DNA of 28,295 nt from the sequence record NZ_CP027233.1. The stretch is one strand, 5' to 3'. The DNA comes from a plasmid. The position numbers and the translations under genes were made by a program. This document shows, in pieces, positions 1-7,757 of this stretch. Below the pieces are notes generated by a model. It made no database searches, was not told the DNA's origin, and was given only the letters and a program-made list of their open reading frames with translations. Within the stretch, counting starts at the first letter, position 1. Each line of letters starts with the position of its first letter.

Positions 1-2693
1 TAATCAATTGGCATAAGAAAACAATTAAATTTTTGTTGATAGAATTTATAAGTTCCCCCTTTCTTTTTCTTGAAACTACAACTTACTCCACTCCTTTTGT
101 AATTTGAGAATCTCAGCCTACTATCTTGGTTTCCTCCAACACAAACTAAATTTTCCCCGTTTATTCCATATAAGAAAGTTATATGCCCACTTCCGTCTGG
201 TTTTTGAGTCTCTTTTTCATAGTTAGTCATAACAACAATACACCCAAGTATAGGTTCATCAACGATTTTAAAAAGTTTTTCTGTTTTTGATTTTGCTAAC
301 TCAATAAAGGCTTGGGATCTTAGTCTCTGCCCTCCCTTTTTTCCTACTTTCTGATTTGCAGCATTAAGACACCAACTAACAAAAGCCGCACACCATTGCC
401 CATTAACATTATCATCGGGGTTATGATTACTACCAGAAAATAACAAACACTCTTTGGCAAAAGGAAAAAGTTCTTTACTACTTTCGTGAGCTCCTTTTGC
501 CATTTTTAATTTTTCAATAGCAATTCTCAGCCAAGGAGGATAAACATCAAACACCTTCATCATCTGAGTTACCCACGCGAAGGGTTCAAAATACCAAAAA
601 ACGCCTTCTTTAAAGAAAGTTTTGTCTTGCCCGCTTAGTTTATCTTTCAGTTTTTCCCAAAAGGTATAAGTAGCATCGAATACCTTTTCAGTAAATTCTA
701 ATTTCTTCTCTATTTCAGCATCTTTGGCTTTTGGATAGTGATACTCAAAATAAGCTTTGGCATCTTCCTTTATACGCTCACAACTATACGACCATTCGCT
801 TTGGTGCTTGCAAACCATTTTGGAGAGGATATGATAGGTACCAGGGCTGTTGTACTTTGCTCTGAGTTCTTTGTTGTCGATGATTCTATCTCCATTTTCA
901 TCAAGTAAACTTATCATTTTATTGATAAACTCTGAAGTGCCACTGTAATGGTTTACTCCTTTTATAGGATATATTCTATGGTCTTCGGCATCTTGGCAAC
1001 TGAAACCAAATTTATTCCAACAATGGGCACTAAAAAGCTCTTCGTCTTTGGGGTGTTCTATCCAACCGTAATTGTATATGATTTTGTTTCCTTCGTAGTA
1101 ATAGCTTTTTACATAAAGCCATTTTTTACCTTCATAAGTTATTTCTTTACACTTACTTTTGTCTATCAAAACCATTCGGGATAGCGTATTTTTAAACTCA
1201 CAAATTCTTTTTTGTTGTTCGTTATCGCGATATTTTGTTTCCTCATCTGGATTGGTGAGGTAAAGACAAGGGGTATCGGCTTTTAGTTTATAGTCTACTT
1301 TATTCTTTTCCCATTTGCGAGGTACTTTTTCTATATAGTTATTCCTTACCCAAAACGCTTTTCGCTTATGAGTAACAATATCTCTATAATGAAAATTTTT
1401 ACCGTTGCGTTTGCCTATTGGTTTTTCATAACTATTTTCAGGAAGTTCTTTTATAATTTGTGTAGGTATTACTTGTGTGTAATTCTCGGTTTTCTTTTTA
1501 GCGTCTATCGTTATAATTACGCCTTTGTAATCTTCAGACGAAACTTTTAGATAGGGTTTTAAAACGGTTCCTTTTTTAAGTTCAAAATATCGCTTTTGTC
1601 CTGCTCCTTCTATATATTTATCATTTTTAATGTTGTGGATAAACTGATACATCCCCATTCTGTCTATGATATCTCCTTTTTCGTTTACTTTGTTGTAATT
1701 GCCAGGGGTAAAGACTTCGAGATGGGTGGCGTAGTAATCGGGCTGGTTGTAAATGCCTTGTTTGCCTACATAGCCTATAAGTTCTCCAGCCTTTACAGCT
1801 ATATCACAAGTTTGTACGCCTTCTATAAGTTTTTGGTTTTGTAGGAAAGGAGGAAAATTGTTGTTTTTATTAGGTTTAGATGGCGTTTTTGCGCTATCTG
1901 TTGTTACTTCTTGTAGTTTTCCGTCCTTTAATTCCCCCTTTTTGAGAAAACAAACTTCTCCTTCATAGAGAATCTCTATCCATTCCGTATCAGAGTCATT
2001 TTTTACAGTAACAGTACTTCCTACAGCAATTGCTTTTCGAGCGATTTTGCTTTCGCCTTCAGTGTAATATAACAAAATTCCTTTTTGGTCTTTATAGGCA
2101 ATACTTGTCCATCGTACTTTGCCTTTATTTACAGTTGGTTTCTTTTCATTGCCATAAGTCTTAGGTATACGTATCTCTTTTTGTGGAACATTATTGATAT
2201 CTTTCCCGTTTACCACATAATAATCTTCTTTTTCTTCTTTTATGTTTAAAGCGGTGTGAGTCGGGAAAAACAATGTTTTATCGACACTCCATATACCACT
2301 TAGTTTATATCCACCATTAGCTGCTGGTACAGCCTTGTATTTTTTCTCTTGTGGAGGTGCTGGTTTTTCTTCTCCAAAAAATAGATGGTAATACAAACTA
2401 TAAAGCGTGAGTGTGTGGCTACCACTTTTATAATCGTGGCGTATCAGTACAAAATTATTATAAAGGGAGATGGGTTTACCGTCTTTTGTACCTACTTCTA
2501 TTTCGTTCTTGCTGTAGCGAAAGGCTATAATCTTCCCGTCGGCTATTGCTTTTACTTTTTTGCCTTTACCTTCTATATGTACCCCGCCGTGCCAACAGTG
2601 GTAGAAGCCAATAGGGAAAAATCCGTTTTGTAGGCTGGTACCAAAAGGGTAGTCTTTACTTATTATATTATCTGTAGGATAAGATACGTTCAT
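1..2693 (-). CDS. T6SS cargo effector, 3'-partial (runs off the window edge), about 897 codons in the window. N-terminal M23/LytM-like peptidase domain, apparently split by a ~200-aa insertion. C-terminal TIGR02594/CHAP-like peptidoglycan hydrolase domain.
   Basis: ATG at 2693-2691 lies 12 nt downstream of the PAAR gene on the same strand. Hand translation from it (MNVSYPTDNIISKDYPFG...) stays open to position 1. The six-frame track lists no minus-strand ORF fragments in 1-2700, only short plus-strand ones, which fits a single long ORF truncated by the window. Motifs read from the translation: WHGGVHIEGKG...AIADGKIIAF, NNFVLIRHDYKSGSHTLTLYSLYYHL and, about 200 aa later, VKAGELIGYVGKQGIYNQPDYYATHLEVF. 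These match the M23 peptidase family. The C-terminal NVNGQWCAAFVSWCLNAANQ...CVGGNQDS matches the WCAAFV...GGNQ signature of the TIGR02594 phage-type cell-wall hydrolase family. The hand translation may contain individual residue errors. Confidence 0.6.
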   Translation of the reverse strand, partial: MNVSYPTDNIISKDYPFGTSLQNGFFPIGFYHCWHGGVHIEGKGKKVKAIADGKIIAFRYSKNEIEVGTKDGKPISLYNNFVLIRHDYKSGSHTLTLYSLYYHLFFGEEKPAPPQEKKYKAVPAANGGYKLSGIWSVDKTLFFPTHTALNIKEEKEDYYVVNGKDINNVPQKEIRIPKTYGNEKKPTVNKGKVRWTSIAYKDQKGILLYYTEGESKIARKAIAVGSTVTVKNDSDTEWIEILYEGEVCFLKKGELKDGKLQEVTTDSAKTPSKPNKNNNFPPFLQNQKLIEGVQTCDIAVKAGELIGYVGKQGIYNQPDYYATHLEVFTPGNYNKVNEKGDIIDRMGMYQFIHNIKNDKYIEGAGQKRYFELKKGTVLKPYLKVSSEDYKGVIITIDAKKKTENYTQVIPTQIIKELPENSYEKPIGKRNGKNFHYRDIVTHKRKAFWVRNNYIEKVPRKWEKNKVDYKLKADTPCLYLTNPDEETKYRDNEQQKRICEFKNTLSRMVLIDKSKCKEITYEGKKWLYVKSYYYEGNKIIYNYGWIEHPKDEELFSAHCWNKFGFSCQDAEDHRIYPIKGVNHYSGTSEFINKMISLLDENGDRIIDNKELRAKYNSPGTYHILSKMVCKHQSEWSYSCERIKEDAKAYFEYHYPKAKDAEIEKKLEFTEKVFDATYTFWEKLKDKLSGQDKTFFKEGVFWYFEPFAWVTQMMKVFDVYPPWLRIAIEKLKMAKGAHESSKELFPFAKECLLFSGSNHNPDDNVNGQWCAAFVSWCLNAANQKVGKKGGQRLRSQAFIELAKSKTEKLFKIVDEPILGCIVVMTNYEKETQKPDGSGHITFLYGINGENLVCVGGNQDSRLRFSNYKRSGVSCSFKKKKGGTYKFYQQKFNCFLMPID

Positions 2694-2705
2694 AAGGAAT
2701 AGTTT

Positions 2706-3080
2706 TTAGATGTTTAGGTCAAAAAAAGGTATATCAAGTGTTGTTTCAAGTTCTTCTATAGCTTCTATTTCGGTAACTTCTCCAGCGTTAGTGCCTATCA
2801 AAACGGTAGGCACTCCACTTATAATCACACCGCCGTGAGCGGTAGCATCTCCCACTGTTGCTGCGGGTTTACCGCTTATCAGTACGCTACTTACGCCCTG
2901 CACAATGGTATCAGCTCCTCCTGCCTCGCAGGTGCATATACAACTGGCGGTAGTAGCAGGTTGTCCTCCTATGAGCACACTGTTTTCCCCTTGAACCACT
3001 GGACCTCCTACGTGAGGCGTATTGCCGGTAGTCATAGGGCAGGTGTGCATACTATTAATGGTTGCTGCTTGTCCTGGCAT
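2706..3080 (-). CDS. PAAR-domain protein (T6SS spike tip)
   Basis: N-terminus MPGQAATINSMHTCPMTTGNTPHVGGPVV fits the PAAR-motif start (P-A-A-R-like, then H-x-C-P, then PHVGGPI). There are three internal Gly/Pro/Ala/Thr-rich repeats (GGQPATTAS, SGKPAATVGD, SGVPTVLIG). It is a GC-rich island in AT-rich DNA, immediately downstream of vgrG and upstream of the effector. Confidence 0.85.
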   Translation of the reverse strand: MPGQAATINSMHTCPMTTGNTPHVGGPVVQGENSVLIGGQPATTASCICTCEAGGADTIVQGVSSVLISGKPAATVGDATAHGGVIISGVPTVLIGTNAGEVTEIEAIEELETTLDIPFFDLNI

Positions 3081-3093
3081 TTTGTATGTGTTT

Positions 3094-4956
3094 TTAGTTA
3101 ATTTTCACTAATCGAGCCATTAGTTCGGCTAAGCTTTTACCTTTTAGTTTGATTCTCTCTCCACTGAGTTCGGTGAGAGAAGTACCTTGTAAAAGAGCGG
3201 TGTCAGCTCTAAGAGTTGCTTTGTTTTGAGCTTCTATTGCCAAAGTATTATCACTTCTGAGGGTCATTCTTTCTTCTGACTGCAAAGATATATTTTTTTG
3301 ACTTACCAAATCAATATCCACTTCAGAATTTATCACTGTTTCTGATTTAGAATGGGTGATAATATCTTTTTCAGCTGTGATTTCTACGTTTTCTTGGGCA
3401 TTTATCTTTACATTTTTAGCTGAAATATTAATAGTTTCGGGAGATTGTAAGGAAAGAGATTTGTCTTTGGAATCAAAAGTGATGATATTCCCTTTCTTAT
3501 CCTTGATAGTTATTTTTTCGGCGCTTTCAGTATCGTCAAACACAATAGTGCTCCCGCTTTTGGTAGTAATACTCCTTATGTTGTTGCTTACTTCTTTGGT
3601 GTTCTTGCCGTGGTACATACTGCCACTCACATAAGGTCGGTGGGGGTTACCTTGCTCAAAGCTTACCATCACCTGGTCGCCTACCTCAGGAATAAACTGA
3701 AACCCACGGTTGCTACTATTGTCAGTAAGCACGCCCGCATCGGGGGTTTGTACTCGCAACCAAGAGGTCTGCTCGCCTAAGTGTCTTTGCCAGAAGAAAC
3801 GCACTTGCACGCGCCCTTGTTTCTTAGGGTCGTCGTTGGCTACTACTTCTGCTATTTCAGGATAAGCAATCGTTTCCGGCTCGTACATAGCGTATTCCAT
3901 TCCCAATGGCACGGCTACAAAGCGGTTGTAATAATCATCGCGGTCTACACAGTGTTCTACCGAAATCACTCGGTATTCCCCCATATTTTCTTTTTCAAAT
4001 CCCGAAGGGAATTTTACGTAAATGAGGCTACCCAAGCGCACCAAGCTATTGTGGGTTTTACCCTCAACGCAGTGCATTTTGCCCAATGCCTGTTGGTATT
4101 TGCTCTGTTGCAGTCTTGCCGTATCACCTGCCAATGGGGTGGGTACTTCGGCAGAAAGCATTCCTCTTTGTGAATATAAATTTTCAGGGTCTTGAAAAAC
4201 GTTTTGGGTATAGGTATTGCGCGGTCTTACTTCCTCTTCGGTGTCCGAATGAATATATTCATCGTCCTCCGCATTGTAGTTGTAAAGGGTGTATTTAAAA
4301 GGAAGTGTTTTGGAAGAAACTTTAAATTCGGTAATATCTTCGTCTATGGTTAGGTCTTCGGATTGTTCACCAGCTACCTCTCCAAACACGAGCTTACTAC
4401 CGTCAAAATACAGAAGTTCGTTGTAAATAGCCGAAAGCCTATTCAAAAAATCCCAACGGCTTTCTTTATACTGCATCGCATACGGAATAATCCCTTTAAA
4501 CTTAGGATTACAAGTCAAGTCGAAATATTTATTTTTAAAAACGGTCTCTACAATATTTTTAAGGTCATTCTCTACAAACGAGTTCATCGAAGGAGCATCG
4601 TCCAATACCACGGGGCTTCCCTTACCTATAAAGCGTATTTTGTTTTCACTTCCTCCTTGGGTAGGGGTATCCGAGTCTATCACTACCTCAGTAATAAAGC
4701 CCGAAAATTGGAAAGTGTTTTCTCCTCTGGGGAAGGAAAGGCGTATAATCACATTTTTGCCCACTTGTTTTAAGAGTTCTTGTGACTGCTCTTGCCAAAG
4801 GGTTTTGCGGGTAGCAATGGTCTCTACCAGCTCAAAATCACAGCAAGAGTTTAATGATTGTTTTAACGATAGACTATTGAAGCGTGAAGTCTTGTCTTTG
4901 CCATCTATATGCACCGAATGGAAGATAGGACGGAGTTTAGAGAATGTACTTTGCAT
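3094..4956 (-). CDS. vgrG: VgrG / TssI spike protein (gp27-gp5-like)
   Basis: 620 aa. Contains LRVQTPDAGVLTDNSSNRGFQFIPEVGDQVMVSFEQGNPHRPYVSGSMYHG, which matches the conserved VgrG/gp5 OB-fold segment (RV-AG...G...P..G.EV.V.F..GDP.RP...G..Y). Followed 13 nt later by the PAAR gene. Confidence 0.8.
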   Translation of the reverse strand: MQSTFSKLRPIFHSVHIDGKDKTSRFNSLSLKQSLNSCCDFELVETIATRKTLWQEQSQELLKQVGKNVIIRLSFPRGENTFQFSGFITEVVIDSDTPTQGGSENKIRFIGKGSPVVLDDAPSMNSFVENDLKNIVETVFKNKYFDLTCNPKFKGIIPYAMQYKESRWDFLNRLSAIYNELLYFDGSKLVFGEVAGEQSEDLTIDEDITEFKVSSKTLPFKYTLYNYNAEDDEYIHSDTEEEVRPRNTYTQNVFQDPENLYSQRGMLSAEVPTPLAGDTARLQQSKYQQALGKMHCVEGKTHNSLVRLGSLIYVKFPSGFEKENMGEYRVISVEHCVDRDDYYNRFVAVPLGMEYAMYEPETIAYPEIAEVVANDDPKKQGRVQVRFFWQRHLGEQTSWLRVQTPDAGVLTDNSSNRGFQFIPEVGDQVMVSFEQGNPHRPYVSGSMYHGKNTKEVSNNIRSITTKSGSTIVFDDTESAEKITIKDKKGNIITFDSKDKSLSLQSPETINISAKNVKINAQENVEITAEKDIITHSKSETVINSEVDIDLVSQKNISLQSEERMTLRSDNTLAIEAQNKATLRADTALLQGTSLTELSGERIKLKGKSLAELMARLVKIN

Positions 4957-5030
4957 AATACAATTATTTTTTAAAAAAATTAATATGGGCGCAAGGTAAT
5001 AAAAAGAAATGAAATGACAAAGAGAATAAA

Positions 5031-5597
5031 TTACTTTTTTAAATTTTCTATTCGGTAGAAACTTGTTTTGCTTATTTTTGCTTGTTTGCAGGCTTTATCA
5101 ATAGAGATATTTTTATTTTTATAGAGATGTAATGCAAATTGGTATTTTTCTAAAATCTCTTGGCTTACTCCTGCAGGGCGACCTAAGTGTTTATTTCTTT
5201 TGCGAGCACCTTCCAATCCTGCTTTGGTGCGTTCGGCAATGAGGTTTCTTTCAAATTCGGCAACAGCCCCAAATATTTGGATAATAAAGCGACCATTGGC
5301 AGAAGAGGTATCAAAAGCAGGCTCAGTAAGACTTTTAAACAATACTTTTTTTTGGTTGAATATTTCAATCAATTCAATCATATTTTTTAGAGAGCGGAAA
5401 ATTCTATCGGTTTTGTATACGATAACAATATCGCCTTCGCGAAGGAAAGAAAGCATTTCGTTGAGTCCTTTTCGGTCTTCACGAACGCCACTGGCAATAT
5501 CAGTATATATTTTTTCACATCCGTTTTCTTTTAGAAGAGTTACTTGTGTGGAAATATTCTGGTCAGAGGTAGAGACACGAGCATATCCAAAAATCAT
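5031..5597 (-). CDS. Small serine site-specific recombinase (resolvase/invertase family, Hin/Gin/Tn3-resolvase-like)
   Basis: N-terminus MIFGYARVSTSDQN is the catalytic-serine motif of serine recombinases. 188 aa, with a C-terminal HTH-like segment (ISIDKACKQAKISKTSFYR). Confidence 0.9.
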   Translation of the reverse strand: MIFGYARVSTSDQNISTQVTLLKENGCEKIYTDIASGVREDRKGLNEMLSFLREGDIVIVYKTDRIFRSLKNMIELIEIFNQKKVLFKSLTEPAFDTSSANGRFIIQIFGAVAEFERNLIAERTKAGLEGARKRNKHLGRPAGVSQEILEKYQFALHLYKNKNISIDKACKQAKISKTSFYRIENLKK

Positions 5598-5728
5598 AGT
5601 TCTAAAAAATATTAATTTATGTTACTATTAAAAAAGACGATATTTGGAACTGTTTTAACAAGACATATCAGTGTTACAGTAAAGGGTTTAAAAAACGAAG
5701 GTTAAATGGAACTGTTACAGGCTGATAA
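5598..5728. promoter_or_regulatory. Candidate res-like recombination/regulatory site upstream of the serine recombinase gene
   Basis: 130-bp non-coding gap immediately upstream of the recombinase start. Contains the direct repeat TGGAACTGTT at about 5647 and about 5707, and the near-palindromic CTGTTACAG at about 5675 and about 5712. Size and position resemble Tn3-family res sites. Confidence 0.2.
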
Positions 5729-6280
5729 TTATAATTTGTTTATTCTGTATTTTTTGTATAAGTAAGAAGATTTTTCTTCTATAAAGTTAATAATATCAAT
5801 AAAGAAATAGCTAGTAGAATATTCACTCATACGTTGCATATTTTCTTTTTTAGCTAGTGAATAGCAAACATCGTCATACAATTGTAGAGTATCATCGTCA
5901 TAACCTCCAAAGATAATGAAAGAAAGTTCTTTTGAAGAAATAGTTCTTTCTCCCCACCTACGACCAGCACGCTTTATAAATTCTTTGAAGGAGGTATCTT
6001 TTGCAGGATAAAAACTATTAGTTTGATTAAATTCATTAATCATTTCAAGAAGGATCATACGTAAGAAATCTTTTCTTTGCATATAATGAATATTTCCTGT
6101 TTTAATGATGAACATATTCAACAGATATTTAAACTTTTCGCTTTTCTCTTTGCTAAGACTGATACGTATATTTTGTTTTTTATTTTTTATCGAAAAATCT
6201 TCATTCAACTTTGATGCAATAACATCAAAGTTTTCGGGGATGAACTCCCCTACTCTTTCTATTTTTTTAGTTTTTGCCAT
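5729..6280 (-). CDS. Hypothetical protein co-transcribed with parA (possible non-canonical ParB/centromere-binding partner)
   Basis: 183-aa ORF whose start overlaps the parA stop by 14 bp, suggesting translational coupling. No recognisable motif. The function is inferred only from position. Confidence 0.45.
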   Translation of the reverse strand: MAKTKKIERVGEFIPENFDVIASKLNEDFSIKNKKQNIRISLSKEKSEKFKYLLNMFIIKTGNIHYMQRKDFLRMILLEMINEFNQTNSFYPAKDTSFKEFIKRAGRRWGERTISSKELSFIIFGGYDDDTLQLYDDVCYSLAKKENMQRMSEYSTSYFFIDIINFIEEKSSYLYKKYRINKL

Positions 6281-7022
6281 TCTCTATTTTTGTTAAAATT
6301 TCGGTTACTAAATGTTTAAAGTCTTCAGCAGCTCTACATTTGTCATTATACTCAAAGATAGTCATACCTTCGAGGGCAGCTTCTACTACTTTCACGTCTT
6401 TACGAATATAGGTTGTGAATACATAATTGGGGTTTTCTTCTTTCAGTTTATTGAAACAATCGTTGAATACATTCGTATTATCGATAGCATTAGAAAAATA
6501 TATACCGAGTAGTTTGAGGCGATTATTGAACTTTTTCAAGTCTAACATTTTTTTTGAAAAAGGAAATACGTTTTTAATAGAATATAAATCGGCTTGTATG
6601 GGAATGATTACATAATCTACAGAACAGATAGCTAATTCAGCAGAAGTTACGAAGTGAGGATTAATACCCGTGGGGGGACAATCTATTAATATAAAGTCAT
6701 ATAAGTCATCAAAGTGGGAGTTTTCTAATGCTTTTTGTAGTTCTTGGCGATGGTATTTATCAGCATACAATTCGGGTGAACCAGCTAATAGATGGAAGTC
6801 TTTAGCTATACTTGAAAGACGTACATTTTTTCCCTTGTTGTCTAAAAAGTCTTTGATGGTATAGGTTGAGTTTTTAATTCCTACACCGCCTGTTAGGTCG
6901 CATTGATTATCGGCATCTATGAGGAGGACTTTGTATCCTCGATTATGGAGTTCAGCACCTATATGAATAGTATTGGTAGTTTTGCCAACCCCTCCTTTGT
7001 GATTGATATTTACGATTCTCAT
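6267..7022 (-). CDS. parA: ParA/Soj-family partition ATPase (small, type Ib-like)
   Basis: MRIVNINHKGGVGKTTNTIHIGAELHNRGYKVLLIDADNQCDLT carries the deviant Walker A KGGVGKT of ParA/MinD. The track ORF begins at a TTG at 7052. I prefer the ATG at 7022 (MRIVNI...), the typical ParA N-terminus. Confidence 0.85.
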   Translation of the reverse strand: MRIVNINHKGGVGKTTNTIHIGAELHNRGYKVLLIDADNQCDLTGGVGIKNSTYTIKDFLDNKGKNVRLSSIAKDFHLLAGSPELYADKYHRQELQKALENSHFDDLYDFILIDCPPTGINPHFVTSAELAICSVDYVIIPIQADLYSIKNVFPFSKKMLDLKKFNNRLKLLGIYFSNAIDNTNVFNDCFNKLKEENPNYVFTTYIRKDVKVVEAALEGMTIFEYNDKCRAAEDFKHLVTEILTKIENGKN

Positions 7023-7231
7023 ATTGTTATGGTAAATAAATATTTTGGGCAAAGATACAATAATTATTTATATAAACAAATAATATTGTATATTTGATTG
7101 TTTTTTTTGATTATAAACTAAATAAATATTATAAAAAGTTAGATTAAATATTCTTTTGAGAGAAAAGGATTCTTTGATGAATTTATAAAAGAGAAAAATA
7201 ACTTGATAGTCAATCTAATATTTTTTATTTT

Positions 7232-7264
7232 TTGTTTGTATTTGATAAATTTAATGTAAATTTG
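7232..7264 (+). promoter_or_regulatory. Candidate Bacteroidota sigma-A-type promoter for tssE (-33 TTG and -7 TAnnTTTG)
   Basis: TAAATTTG at 7257-7264 matches the Bacteroidetes -7 consensus TAnnTTTG. TTG triplets lie at 7232-7244, about 18-22 bp upstream. The tssE ATG is 33 nt downstream. Confidence 0.25.
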
Positions 7265-7296
7265 TAGCCTTTATGTAGGTAAGTGAATTTTAAAAA

Positions 7297-7752
7297 ATGA
7301 CAATAAACGAACCTAAAAATAATTATAAAATTCCGTTAGATTTTTCCTCCTTTTTTGATGAAAAAAAAGGAGGCTTAGGTAAATGTACAGAAGTAGAATC
7401 AATAGACACTCATATAGAGCTTCTTATCACTACTTACCAAGGAGAATGTAGTTTTGATAAACAATATGGTACTACTATTGGAGAATTAGATTTTGAACAA
7501 GTAAAAACCGTAGAAGGTTGGAAAGAAGAAGTTTCTGAAAGTTTAAAAAAATCTATCTCTTTATATGAACATAGGATTACGATATTAGATTTCCAAATGA
7601 ATATAGACGAACTTTTGCAAGAAGATTCTCTATACGGGAATGTAAACATACGAAAACGAGTGAATATTCTAATCAAAACAAAACTAAAAAGCAATGGAAA
7701 TTATTGTGTTTTTCAGTATCAATTATATTTAAGTCCTTTATCAAAAAATTAG
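7297..7752 (+). CDS. tssE: TssE (gp25-like baseplate protein)
   Basis: 151 aa. SIDTHIELLITTYQGECSFDKQYGTTIGELDFEQ matches the GPW/gp25 signature (I..LL.T..GER...P.fG..l..l.F). Directly followed by a TssF-sized gene. Confidence 0.75.
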   Translation: MTINEPKNNYKIPLDFSSFFDEKKGGLGKCTEVESIDTHIELLITTYQGECSFDKQYGTTIGELDFEQVKTVEGWKEEVSESLKKSISLYEHRITILDFQMNIDELLQEDSLYGNVNIRKRVNILIKTKLKSNGNYCVFQYQLYLSPLSKN

Positions 7753-7757
7753 TAGCT

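Noticed and set aside
948-2633. Plus-strand ORFs 948..1184, 1368..1550, 1596..1844 and 2385..2633 (60-82 aa)
   Set aside because: They lie antisense inside the long minus-strand effector ORF. Their translations are hydrophobic and low-complexity (F/I/Y-rich), typical of shadow ORFs in AT-rich coding DNA.
3356-4999. Plus-strand ORFs overlapping vgrG (3356..3634, 3781..4173, 4086..4298, 4363..4773, 4640..4999)
   Set aside because: They are antisense to a well-supported VgrG gene with a conserved gp5-like motif. No independent support.
7022-7052. Extended ParA start at TTG 7052 (MPKIFIYHNN...)
   Set aside because: The ATG at 7022 gives the canonical ParA N-terminus (MRIVNINHKGGVGKT) with the Walker A about 8 residues in. 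The extension adds an atypical leader.
7053-7296. A definite parS/centromere call in the parA upstream region
   Set aside because: Only imperfect palindromes are present. In DNA this AT-rich such patterns arise by chance, so it is kept as a low-confidence hypothesis in the findings rather than a feature.
7704-7757. TssF start at 7704 overlapping tssE by 49 nt
   Set aside because: The in-frame ATG at 7758, directly after the tssE stop, is the more economical start. The upstream extension is read from within tssE coding sequence.
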